A stretch of DNA of 32,000 nucleotides from Synechococcus elongatus PCC 6301 (GCF_000010065.1 NC_006576.1:480001-512000), one strand, 5' to 3'; positions 6,628 through 15,713 are shown, counted from the first letter of the stretch. The notes: a model not told the origin generated them from the letters alone. A program made the numbers and translations.

Positions 6628-7836
6628 TTAGGCAGCGTCATCCAGTGCAGCCACACCCGGCAGGACTTTGCCTTCCAGCAGTTCCAAGCTGGCACCACCA
6701 CCGGTGGAAATGTGGCTCATTTCCGAAGCAACACCGACTTTCTCAACGGCAGCGACCGAGTCACCACCACCAATGATCGTGGTTGCACCCTTGCGGGTCA
6801 GTCCTGCCAAGCTACGAGCGATCGCTTCGGTACCGACAGCGAATTGATCGAACTCAAATACGCCCATCGGGCCATTCCAAATGACCGAGCGGCAATCGGC
6901 CAAGGCTCCCTCGAATTGCTTGACCGACTCAGGTCCGATATCTAGGCCCATCCAGCCATCGGGAATCGCATCGATCGCCACGGTTTTGGCATTAGCATCC
7001 GGCGCAAACTTATCGGCCACTACTACATCCACGGGCAGCAACAGTTGCACGCCTTTTTCTTGCGCTTTAGCCATCAGCGATCGCGCCAGATCGAGTTTGT
7101 CCTCTTCTACCAGTGAGCCGCCGACCGAAAGTCCTTGGGCTTTGTAGAAGGTAAAGATCATGCCGCCACCAATCAGCAGTTTGTCGCACTTATCCAGCAG
7201 CGTTTCGATCACGCCAATTTTGCTGGAAACTTTCGAACCGCCGACGATCGCAGCCAAGGGCCGTTGGGGATTGTCGATCGCGGCTTGTAGGTATTGCAAC
7301 TCTTTCTCCAACAGGTAACCAGCCACGCAAGGCGAAAGATATTCAGTCACGCCAGCCGTGGGAGCGTGAGCCCGGTGAGCAGCACCAAAGGCATCATTGA
7401 CGTAGATATCGGCCAAGCTAGCTAGTGCTTTCGCAAATTCAGCGTCGTTGGCTTCTTCCTCAGCGTGGAAACGCACGTTCTCCAACAACACGACTTGGCC
7501 ATTGCTGGTGGCTGCCACTTGCGCTTCGGCACCGGCACCCACAGCATCGGTTGTCTTAACAACAGGGCGACCCAGCAATTCCGAGAGGCGCTCAGCCACC
7601 GGCGTTAAGCGCATGCTCTCGACGGGCTTGCCTTTGGGACGACCAAAGTGGCTGACCAGAATCACCTTGGCACCACTTTCCGACAGGTAGCGAATCGTCG
7701 GCAGAGCCGCACGGATGCGGGTGTCATCCGTAATTTTCCCATTGCCGTCCAAAGGGACATTGAAGTCGACACGCACGAGGACCCGCTTGCCCTCTAAGTC
7801 AGCGGCGGTCAGGCTCGCTAAAGTTCTTTTGGACAC
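6628..7836 (-). CDS. pgk: Phosphoglycerate kinase
   Basis: The 402-aa ORF has the classic N-terminus [13 protein letters not shown] and full-length PGK motifs. It starts at GTG with AGGAG upstream. Confidence 0.97.
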   Translation of the reverse strand: MSKRTLASLTAADLEGKRVLVRVDFNVPLDGNGKITDDTRIRAALPTIRYLSESGAKVILVSHFGRPKGKPVESMRLTPVAERLSELLGRPVVKTTDAVGAGAEAQVAATSNGQVVLLENVRFHAEEEANDAEFAKALASLADIYVNDAFGAAHRAHAPTAGVTEYLSPCVAGYLLEKELQYLQAAIDNPQRPLAAIVGGSKVSSKIGVIETLLDKCDKLLIGGGMIFTFYKAQGLSVGGSLVEEDKLDLARSLMAKAQEKGVQLLLPVDVVVADKFAPDANAKTVAIDAIPDGWMGLDIGPESVKQFEGALADCRSVIWNGPMGVFEFDQFAVGTEAIARSLAGLTRKGATTIIGGGDSVAAVEKVGVASEMSHISTGGGASLELLEGKVLPGVAALDDAA

Positions 7837-8083
7837 GGTTGGATAGTCTCCTTAGGACAGGCTCAGCTCAGCGGGGCAAGATCGCCCAAACTCCTGCGAT
7901 CGCGCGCAGTCAAAAGGGGATCAGTTGCGAAACAGCACTCAAGGATGAGCGATCGCAGCCCACAACCCAACGGCTCGCAGTCTGCCGATCACTAAAAATC
8001 AGGGCAGTCCCGCTGAATTCGGAGCATCGACGGTAATCATTATTACTGAATAGAGGGGTCTGAATTGGGCGGAGGGAGCCATC

Positions 8084-8464
8084 ATGTTTGAGACAATTCT
8101 GTTTCCTGTCGATCGCAGCCGCGAAGCCTGGGAGCCATCGCAGTTGGTCCTGGAGTTGGTGCAGCAATACAGCAGTCGCTTGGTGCTGCTGTCGGTGGTG
8201 GCCGATGATGCGGAGTCGGCAGCGGCTGGGGCAGAGCTGCTCGACAAGGGGCGATCGCTGTTTGAAGCCCAGGGTATTGTGCCGGAAATCGTCGAGCGTC
8301 AAGGCAATCCACCCTTCGCAATCTGTGACGTTGCCGATGAAGTGGGCGCTAGCCTAATCGTGATGGGCTGTCGGGGCATTGGCCTGACTCCGGAAGGAGC
8401 GGCGGAAAGTGTCACCAACCGAGTCATCAATCTTGCCCCCTGTCCCGTGTTAGTTGTGCCATGA
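8084..8464 (+). CDS. Universal stress protein (UspA family)
   Basis: The 126-aa ORF has ILFPVD..., the ATP-binding-type motif MGCRGIGL...GSVTNRV and a GGAGGGAG ribosome-binding site. Confidence 0.9.
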   Translation: MFETILFPVDRSREAWEPSQLVLELVQQYSSRLVLLSVVADDAESAAAGAELLDKGRSLFEAQGIVPEIVERQGNPPFAICDVADEVGASLIVMGCRGIGLTPEGAAESVTNRVINLAPCPVLVVP

Positions 8465-9324
8465 GCGCTCCGCAAATTCAGTGGTATCCCGGTCACATTG
8501 CCAAGGCTGAACGCCAGCTGCAGGAACAGTTAAAACGGGTCGATGTGGTCTTGGAAGTCCGGGATGCGCGGATTCCCCTCGCGACCGATCACCCGCGCCT
8601 GAAAAGCTGGCTGGGAAGTCGGGAGCGGTTGCTCATTCTTAACCGCTTGGACATGATTCCAGCACCAGCACGACAGGCTTGGATCGACTGGTTTCGCAGC
8701 CAAGGCGATCGCGTTTTATTGACTGATGCCCACGCGGGTACTGGAGTGGCACAGCTCTCGCAAGCAGCTCAGGCAGCAGGAGCAGCCATGAATGCTCGCC
8801 GCAAGCAACGGGGAATGCTTCCCCGCGCGGTACGCGCAGTGGTGATTGGCTTTCCCAACGTTGGCAAGTCGGCCCTGATCAATCGCTTGGTGAAGAAAAA
8901 AGTCGTCGAAAGTGCTCGTCGTGCTGGTGTGACGCGATCGCTGCGCTGGGTGCGGGTCAGTGAGCATTTGGATCTGCTAGATGCCCCTGGAGTTCTGCCG
9001 AGTCGGCTAGATGATCAAACAGCAGCCCTAAAGTTGGCGCTCTGTGATGACATTGGCGAAGCAGCCTACGACAATCAACGGGTGGCAGCGGCTCTCGTCG
9101 ATTGCCTGCAAGCCCTGGAAGCACAGCCCCTCAGTGGCGTGACCCCAACCCTCTTCTTCGATCGCTATGGATTGTCGGTCGACGATACTGGCGAAGCCTA
9201 CCTCGCAGCCTTGGCCGATCATCGTTGTCAGGGCGATCGCGAGCGAACAGCCCTGATGCTGCTCAATGATTTTCGGCGGGGCAGCCTTGGTCCGATCGCC
9301 CTTGAACTTCCTCCAACGGCCTAA
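8461..9324 (+). CDS. rbgA: Ribosome biogenesis GTPase A (YlqF/RbgA, circularly permuted GTPase)
   Basis: It has IQWYPGHIAKA, the G4-like NRLD ahead of the G1 motif GFPNVGKSALINRL, and the G3 motif DAPG. Its ATG overlaps the usp stop as ATGA. Confidence 0.9.
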   Translation: MSAPQIQWYPGHIAKAERQLQEQLKRVDVVLEVRDARIPLATDHPRLKSWLGSRERLLILNRLDMIPAPARQAWIDWFRSQGDRVLLTDAHAGTGVAQLSQAAQAAGAAMNARRKQRGMLPRAVRAVVIGFPNVGKSALINRLVKKKVVESARRAGVTRSLRWVRVSEHLDLLDAPGVLPSRLDDQTAALKLALCDDIGEAAYDNQRVAAALVDCLQALEAQPLSGVTPTLFFDRYGLSVDDTGEAYLAALADHRCQGDRERTALMLLNDFRRGSLGPIALELPPTA

Positions 9325-9330
9325 TCTCCC

Positions 9331-10422
9331 ATGAGCGAGAGCGATCGCCGCATTTCCCTCACAACTGATAGCCTGCTGCTGATCGTGGGGCTGTCCCTCA
9401 TTCTGCTGATGCTCTGGCAGTTGCGCGGCCTAATTTTGATCCTGATGAGTGCGATCGTGTTGGCTGCCTCAATTGCGCCGATCGTGAATCAGCTCGAGCA
9501 ATGGCGCTTGCCGCGTTGGTTAGGCGTGCTGGTCGCTTATGGCGGCTTGCTGGCCATCCTGACGGGGGCGAGCCTGCTGGTGGGTCCCCTCGTGATCAGC
9601 CAAATTCAGACCCTGTTACGGCAACTGCCCAACCTCGTTGAACGGGTAGAACTCCTCTCGATTGACATTGCCGAACAGCTCGATTTGCAAGACTCTCCGC
9701 TCTTGCCCCAGTTGGTCAATCCTCAGGAGGTGGCAGGCTGGGTGATCAACACCTCGCAGCAGTTACTTCGTCAGTCCTATGGCATCACCCGTGGCATCTT
9801 AGGTGGCTTCTTCAGCGTTGTGCTGGGTCTACTCCTGTCCAGTTACTTAGTTGCTGACAGCAAAACGCTGGGGCGAGGCTTTGTGCGACTCTTTGCTGCC
9901 CCTTGGGACGATCGCCTGGCTGCACTACTCGGCCCTGTCGGGCAGCGTATGGGCGCTTATATTCGCGGACGAGTGCTGGTGTCGTTGCTGTTGGGCATTG
10001 CGATCGCGCTAGGGTTGCGCACCCTTGGATTGGGCGACTACGCCATTGGTCTGGGGGCGATCGCAGGATTCACCAATCTGATTCCCTTCCTTGGGCCTTT
10101 CCTAGGGGCCATTCCGGCTCTGTTTGTGGCCCTAGCGCAGGGCGATAGCGCTTGGTTATTTCTCTGGGTTTTGCTGTTGTTTGTCATTATTCAAAATCTA
10201 GAAAGCTATGTGCTCGATCCGCTGCTGGTGGGCGCTGCAGTCGGGATCCATCCGCTCTATCAGCTCTTGGCGGTATTGGGAGGGGTGCAACTCCTGGGGA
10301 TCGTTGGAGCCGTGATTGCGCCCCCTTGGATTGCTGGTGGCGCTCTTTTACTCGAGCGGCTCTATCTCCAACCCAAGGACTTGGCCAAGCAAGGGCTGCC
10401 GTCTGAGGCAACTCAGCCATGA
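9331..10422 (+). CDS. AI-2E family transporter (PerM/YhhT-like permease)
   Basis: The 363-aa polytopic ORF has the typical ...FTNLIPFLGPFLGAIPA... signature. Confidence 0.88.
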   Translation: MSESDRRISLTTDSLLLIVGLSLILLMLWQLRGLILILMSAIVLAASIAPIVNQLEQWRLPRWLGVLVAYGGLLAILTGASLLVGPLVISQIQTLLRQLPNLVERVELLSIDIAEQLDLQDSPLLPQLVNPQEVAGWVINTSQQLLRQSYGITRGILGGFFSVVLGLLLSSYLVADSKTLGRGFVRLFAAPWDDRLAALLGPVGQRMGAYIRGRVLVSLLLGIAIALGLRTLGLGDYAIGLGAIAGFTNLIPFLGPFLGAIPALFVALAQGDSAWLFLWVLLLFVIIQNLESYVLDPLLVGAAVGIHPLYQLLAVLGGVQLLGIVGAVIAPPWIAGGALLLERLYLQPKDLAKQGLPSEATQP

Positions 10423-11360
10423 GCGATCGCCTGCAACTAGAAATCACAGAAGTGCCTTCTGAGCGGCTCGATCGTTGGCTTGCCCAGCAGTGGCCGCATC
10501 TGTCGCGGGCACGCCTCCAGAAACTGATTGCAGCGGGTCAGCTGCGGGTCAATGGAGAAGTCTGTGATCAGAAGCGCTGGCAGCCGCGTTTGGGCGATCG
10601 CCTCGAACTGGAAATGCCTCCGACGGAAGCAATCGCGCTAGCCCCTGAAGAGATTCCCCTCGACATCCTTTATGAAGATGCTGACCTATTGATCGTCAAC
10701 AAAGCCGTGGGGATGGTGGTGCATCCGGCGGCGGGACATGACACTGGTACGCTCGTCCATGCTCTGCTAGCCCACTGCGGTGACTCCCTGACGGGCATTG
10801 GTGGGGAACAGCGGCCGGGTATTGTCCATCGTCTAGACAAGGACACCACAGGGGCGATGGTGGTGGCGAAAACAGAAGCCGCCCTGCTGTCTTTACAAGA
10901 TCAAATCCGCCAGAAAACCGCCCAGCGGGAATATCTGGGTGTGGTCTTTGGTTCGCCTCGTCAAGATAGTGGCCAGGTTGAAGAGCCGATTGGCCGCCAT
11001 CTGCGCGATCGCAAACGAATGGCGGTTGTACCGATTGAACGGGGCGGGCGTTGGGCACTCACCCACTGGCAGGTCAGGGAACGGCTCGGTAACTATGCGC
11101 TGCTGCACTATCGGCTGGCAACGGGCCGCACCCACCAAATCCGCGTTCACAGTCATCACATGGGGCATCCACTAGTGGGCGATCCGCTCTACGGCAATGG
11201 GCGATCGCTCGGGGTCAATCTGCAGGGACAAGCCCTCCATGCCTGGCGACTGAGTTTGCAACATCCCCGCACGGGCGAGGTGATCGCGGTGGAAGCCCCA
11301 CTACCGGCAGAATTTCAACGTCTGTTGCGTGTCCTTCGCGATCGGAGTGCCCAATCGTGA
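10419..11360 (+). CDS. rluD: RluA-family 23S rRNA pseudouridine synthase (RluD-like)
   Basis: It has an N-terminal S4 domain, the HRLDKDTTG catalytic motif and the HQIRVH motif. Its ATG overlaps the perM stop as ATGA. Confidence 0.9.
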   Translation: MSDRLQLEITEVPSERLDRWLAQQWPHLSRARLQKLIAAGQLRVNGEVCDQKRWQPRLGDRLELEMPPTEAIALAPEEIPLDILYEDADLLIVNKAVGMVVHPAAGHDTGTLVHALLAHCGDSLTGIGGEQRPGIVHRLDKDTTGAMVVAKTEAALLSLQDQIRQKTAQREYLGVVFGSPRQDSGQVEEPIGRHLRDRKRMAVVPIERGGRWALTHWQVRERLGNYALLHYRLATGRTHQIRVHSHHMGHPLVGDPLYGNGRSLGVNLQGQALHAWRLSLQHPRTGEVIAVEAPLPAEFQRLLRVLRDRSAQS

Positions 11361-12940
11361 GCGCCTCCACCCTCTTAGCCGGTCGCTACGAATTGCAAGC
11401 GCCTCTGTCATCAGGGGGCTTTGCCGAAACTTGGCTGGCGATCGACACCATGACGCCCTCCCGGCGATCGGTGGTGGTCAAGCAACTGAAAACGCCCGCA
11501 GATGACAGCATTTTGCCGGTGGTTCTTGCAGCCTTCGAACGGGAAGCGGCAGTGCTCGAGCACCTCGGGCAGCACTGCGATCGCGTACCAGTCCTCTATG
11601 CCTATTTCCAAGAAGCCGGTCAGCTCTACCTCGTTCAGGAATACATTGCCGGTCAAACCTTGCGACAACTGGGACGGCAGTCGCCCGAGCAAGCGCGATC
11701 GCTTTTGGAACAACTGCTGGCGATCCTGGCAACCATCCACCAAGCGGGTGCCATTCATCGCGACATTAAGCCGGACAACATCATCCTGCGCGAGTCCGAC
11801 AGTCGGCCCGTGCTGATTGACTTTGGGGCAGTGCGTCAGGCGATCGAAACCGCTAGCGCCACCCAACTGCGGACGGCTTCCAAGGTGATTGGCACGCCGG
11901 GCTATATGGCACCAGAGCAGGCGATGGGGCGAGTCACCTTTGCCACCTATCTTTACGGTTTGGCGATGACAATCGGCTTTATCTTGACAGGTCAAGATCC
12001 CCTAGACTGGCCGACGGATCACCAGACGGGTTTGATCTTCTGGGAGGCGTTGCTACCTGACCTCGATCCGCAGCTGCGCCGAATTCTAGAACGCGCCAGT
12101 CAGCCCCAACTCATCCAGCGCTACAGCTCTGTTGCTGAGATGCAAGCAGCTTTGACCGCTTCAACCACAGCGATCGCGACGCAAGTGGTTGCACCTCGCC
12201 AGCAGCCCAGGAAGCAGAAGGAACGAAAGGCAAGACAAACGCCCAGCAGTGCTCCCCCAACGCGATCGCTGCAACCGGTACCGCCACCGCTGCCCCGCAG
12301 CGATCGCCCCCAACAGCAACGAAGCCTGTGGCTCGGGATTGGAATTTTTCTGGTTTTAAGCCTGACTGGAGCTGTCCTTGCCACGGGCCTATGGTTTTGG
12401 CAGGAACAAGAGCGGACTCGACAACAAGCTTTGCGGCAGCAGTTTGAAGAACTACAGGCCAATCTTCAGGAAGCGCGACGCCGAGCCGAAGCCGCAAAAG
12501 CCGAAGCGGAGCGGGCTAAAGCTGAGGCAGAAGCTGCTAAAAACAACCCCCTTGGCACCTTGGCTGAGCAGTGGTTTGGAGGGAGTAACGAGACGAAAGT
12601 CCCCACCACGCTGACCGCTGACAACGCGATCGCCACGGTGGAATCGCTCTATGGTGCGATCGCAGCCCGGAATTGGTCAATCGCGCAGACCTACTTTGCC
12701 GGTGATTTAGCTGCCCAATTTGATCCGCAATTCTTCGAGCAGTTCCGGGAGGTGACCGTTGAGAATCTCAGCATCACACGTCAGTCGATCGATCGCATTG
12801 AGCTGATTGGTGAGAACCGCTACATCTGGCCCGATGGCAGTCAGCAACGAGAGCAGCGATCGTTCACGATCGCCCCGGATAGCGATGGACTGAAGCTGGT
12901 GGAGTCCCAGTTTTTGGCGGTGCTAGAACCCCGCCGCTAG
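11357..12940 (+). CDS. Hanks-type Ser/Thr protein kinase with a TM segment, an EA(A/E)K coiled coil and a C-terminal alpha+beta domain
   Basis: It has HRDIKPDN, DFG and GTPGYMAPEQ. The TM segment is LWLGIGIFLVLSLTGAVLATGLWFW and the repeat is AEAAKAEAERAKAEAEAAK. Its GTG start overlaps the rluD stop as GTGA. Confidence 0.9.
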   Translation: MSASTLLAGRYELQAPLSSGGFAETWLAIDTMTPSRRSVVVKQLKTPADDSILPVVLAAFEREAAVLEHLGQHCDRVPVLYAYFQEAGQLYLVQEYIAGQTLRQLGRQSPEQARSLLEQLLAILATIHQAGAIHRDIKPDNIILRESDSRPVLIDFGAVRQAIETASATQLRTASKVIGTPGYMAPEQAMGRVTFATYLYGLAMTIGFILTGQDPLDWPTDHQTGLIFWEALLPDLDPQLRRILERASQPQLIQRYSSVAEMQAALTASTTAIATQVVAPRQQPRKQKERKARQTPSSAPPTRSLQPVPPPLPRSDRPQQQRSLWLGIGIFLVLSLTGAVLATGLWFWQEQERTRQQALRQQFEELQANLQEARRRAEAAKAEAERAKAEAEAAKNNPLGTLAEQWFGGSNETKVPTTLTADNAIATVESLYGAIAARNWSIAQTYFAGDLAAQFDPQFFEQFREVTVENLSITRQSIDRIELIGENRYIWPDGSQQREQRSFTIAPDSDGLKLVESQFLAVLEPRR

Positions 12941-13276
12941 TCCTCCGTTTTGGGCTGGGGAGAATCAACATAGATTTTGGACAAAGAGATTAGGACGTTT
13001 TTGCTAGAGAAATCAGCCTCTAACCCGTGATCAAAATAAGCGAGTTCTACCCGCTGCGATCGCTGCTTCACCGATCAGTCTCACGCGAAATCTTGTTGCG
13101 GCTGGGGGGGGGGTGGAGTCAAGACCCCATAGTACGCGCGGTGGGGGTGCGAACATCCCCACGGCTGGAGGTCGTTGAAGCTAGACCAACCCACCCAAAA
13201 CTAAATCGTCTTAACCCACTTAAAAGACTGCTATGGACATTCCTCTCGAAGCGCGATCGCTCGGAGTCTTTGCTGG

Positions 13277-13810
13277 CTACTGCAACCGCTGCTTGATGAA
13301 CGTCACTAGCTGCCCCATTTGGCGCTTCAGCGATGCGAGTTCTTCCTCGACAGTCTTCAGCCGTTGCTTGAGCTCTGCCACCTCAGCGCTACTGCCTGCT
13401 GCTGTAGGTGCTGGCGCAGGTTTGGCCGCTCGTTGCCGCGCCTTGGTCATGGCCGAGCGGATGGCCTCCACCAGGTCGTGGCGCTCAAAAGGTTTGCCAA
13501 CAAACTCGAAATACTCGAAGGGTTCCGTGACGTGCTCCGTCACCTCTTCCTTGCGGCCAGACATTACCACTAGGGGAATATCCCAGAGCGTGGCGTCCTG
13601 CTGCAGATGCTGGAGCACTTCCCAGCCATTCATGCGTGGCATCAGAAAGTCCATCAAGACGAGATTGGGGTGAACCTGCCGAATCAATTGCAGTCCCTCA
13701 GCGCCATCCTGGGCTTCGAGCACTTCAAAGTTGCCTTGAGGCAACATGTCGCGGATACGGGCCCGAATCACGCGGCTGTCGTCAATGATCAGGATTTTCT
13801 CTAGGCTCAC
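13277..13810 (-). CDS. CheY-like receiver-domain response regulator with a C-terminal coiled coil and no DNA-binding domain
   Basis: It has ILIIDDS..., LVLMDFLMPRMNG and the KPF motif. The tail is AEVAELKQRLKTVEEELASLKRQMGQL. The start is moved to GTG 13810, preceded by GGAGAG, rather than the track ATG at 13903. Confidence 0.85.
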   Translation of the reverse strand: MSLEKILIIDDSRVIRARIRDMLPQGNFEVLEAQDGAEGLQLIRQVHPNLVLMDFLMPRMNGWEVLQHLQQDATLWDIPLVVMSGRKEEVTEHVTEPFEYFEFVGKPFERHDLVEAIRSAMTKARQRAAKPAPAPTAAGSSAEVAELKQRLKTVEEELASLKRQMGQLVTFIKQRLQ

Positions 13811-14063
13811 CAGTTCTCTCCTCTGTGCCGTTGGGTGGAATTCCAGCCCTATCCCTGACCTTGATTGTGGAGTGCAGGTAACGTATCGGCAAGCGATTGA
13901 CATGCAGCCCTATCAGATGGAGTGCCGCAGCGATCGCCTGTGATTGGGTGACTCAAAACGTTGAGCGCTGTGATTATTTACCTCTTGGCGGGCGCTGAAC
14001 TGAGCCGCGATCGCGATCGCCCTCTCAGTCTCTCGTGAGGAGCGGGCATACAGTCGTTGCTTG

Positions 14064-15137
14064 TTAGGCCAGCTCAGCGGCGATCGCCTCCAGAAGGCGT
14101 TGATTTTCCGCCGAACTGCGCACGGCCACCCGGAACCAGCGATCGCCCAATTCCGTAAAGCTCAGGCAGTCGCGAATCAGCAGCCGATGCTGCTGCAGAA
14201 GGCGCTCCTGCAAGGGCAGGATCGAGTCCTCGGCTTGCACCAACAGAAAATTGGCCTGACTCGGCAGCACCCGCAGTCCCGGAATCGAGGCTAAACCGCT
14301 GGCTAATGCGGCGCGGGCTGGGGGGAGCCAGTTCCAAGTCGCGGCTTGAAAATCATGATCTGCGAGCAGTTCCGGCCCTAGAGCTGCTGCGAGACCATTG
14401 ACGGACCATGGATCGCGCCACTGCTGCCATGACTCCAAACGATCGGGATGGGCGATCGCATAGCCCAGGCGCAACCCTGCCAAGCTGTAGAACTTGGTCA
14501 GCGATCGCACAATCACTAGCGATCGGCTCTGAGCTAAGCAAGGCTGCAGGCTCCAGTCCGCTGCAGTCGGCAAAAAGTCCAGAAAAGCTTCGTCTGCAAC
14601 CACCAGGCGGCAGCGCTGCAAGAGCGGCCATAGGTCTCGCAAGGGCCAGAGCCAGCCCGTGGGGTTGTGGGGATTATTGATCAGCAGGCCCGTCTCAGGT
14701 GTGAGCTGAGGTTCCAGTAAACCTCGCAGAGTTGCCAGAGAGGCTGGACGATCGAGAGGTAGGGCTAGACGCCGCCAAGGAACACCAACGGCAGTGAGGG
14801 CGCGTTCATAGTCCCGAAAGGCGGGTCCGAGTAGCAAAACTTCGCGGCAAGCGGCAAGATCGCGGGCTGCCCGGGTCAGTAATTCTGCTGCCCCGTTACC
14901 GGGCAAAATCCAGTCAGGATCGCAGTCGTGATGTCGGGCGATCGCCTCTCGAAGCTGCCGATACTGGGGATCAGGATAGGCAATCAGGTGGGTGTAATGC
15001 TGTTGTAGCCAAGTCGCCAGCCAAGCTGGTGGCCCCAGCGGATTCAAACTGGCTGAAAAATCAAGAAGGTCAGCTGGGGAAGCCCCAGCTAGGCCAGCAG
15101 CCCAGCGCAGGTTTCCCCCATGGTTGGGTCGGGTCAA
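14064..15137 (-). CDS. cobD: Threonine-phosphate decarboxylase (cobalamin biosynthesis, class I/II aminotransferase fold)
   Basis: The N-terminal HGGN, LLDFSASLNPLGPP, NNPHNPTG and RSLTKFYSLAGLRLGY (PLP lysine) track Salmonella CobD along the whole length. It starts at TTG. Confidence 0.85.
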   Translation of the reverse strand: MTRPNHGGNLRWAAGLAGASPADLLDFSASLNPLGPPAWLATWLQQHYTHLIAYPDPQYRQLREAIARHHDCDPDWILPGNGAAELLTRAARDLAACREVLLLGPAFRDYERALTAVGVPWRRLALPLDRPASLATLRGLLEPQLTPETGLLINNPHNPTGWLWPLRDLWPLLQRCRLVVADEAFLDFLPTAADWSLQPCLAQSRSLVIVRSLTKFYSLAGLRLGYAIAHPDRLESWQQWRDPWSVNGLAAALGPELLADHDFQAATWNWLPPARAALASGLASIPGLRVLPSQANFLLVQAEDSILPLQERLLQQHRLLIRDCLSFTELGDRWFRVAVRSSAENQRLLEAIAAELA

Positions 15138-15155
15138 GGCATTTCAGCACCCATC

Positions 15156-15431
15156 CTAGGTGCTGACTTTCTCCTTAAAGAGCTTACCGGCAGAGAAGGC
15201 TGGAACCTTCGTTGCAGGGATTTTCATCTTCTGTCCAGTTTTGGGATTGCGGCCTTCCCGCGCTTTGCGATCGCGAGGTTCAAAGGAACCAAAGCCAACC
15301 AAGGTGACTTTGTCACCGCCAGAGACTGCCTCGATGATCGTGTCGAGTGCCGCTGAAATGATGTGTTCTGCCTGTTTTTTCGTAACGTGGGCACGATCCG
15401 CAACCTTGTCGATCAAGTCACCCTTGTTCAT
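15156..15431 (-). CDS. hup: DNA-binding protein HU
   Basis: The 91-aa product MNKGDLIDKVA...GFGSFEPRDRKAREGRNPKTGQKMKIPATKVPAFSAGKLFKEKV is canonical HU. Confidence 0.96.
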   Translation of the reverse strand: MNKGDLIDKVADRAHVTKKQAEHIISAALDTIIEAVSGGDKVTLVGFGSFEPRDRKAREGRNPKTGQKMKIPATKVPAFSAGKLFKEKVST

Positions 15432-15713
15432 GGGCTATCTCCTTGAAAACTCAACAATGCGCGAGCATTAATGCTCGGATGATTCGGTGACGCTTGGGAG
15501 CTGAAACTCGCTCCCCGAACAGGCTTTACCCTGTTTAGATAGAGGGCTATCGCTGCCCTATTCTAGGTGTCCAGTCTGGAGAAGCGATCCCAGCAATTCG
15601 TTAATTTATGTGGACTCGTTAGAACTGACGATGGGAACTTTCTAAATATTCAACGCATCTTTCTGGACGAATTGTCGGCTTGCAGTTGATCCGTTAGCGT
15701 AGGTTTTTCTGGG

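Noticed and set aside
8033-8046. GTA-N8-TAC (GTAATCATTATTAC), an NtcA-type site between pgk and usp.
   Set aside because: There is no TAnnnT -10 box about 22 nt downstream in either direction, and the implied start would fall after the usp ribosome-binding site. About eight such 6-nt-specified matches are expected by chance in 32 kb.
13099-13170. Possible tmRNA, SRP RNA, 6S or RNase P RNA identity for the G10/hairpin region.
   Set aside because: I could not find the signatures I recall: a tRNA-like acceptor/T-arm with CCA end, the SRP domain IV GGAA/AGCA motifs, or the RNase P GAGGAAAGUCC block. I kept it only as an unexplained structured spacer.
15462-15477. 16-bp perfect palindrome CGAGCATTAATGCTCG, 31 nt upstream of the HU start codon.
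   Set aside because: A spacer-less 16-bp palindrome is expected about 0.5 times by chance in 32 kb, and I know of no regulator with this site. It is worth noting but not supportable as an operator.
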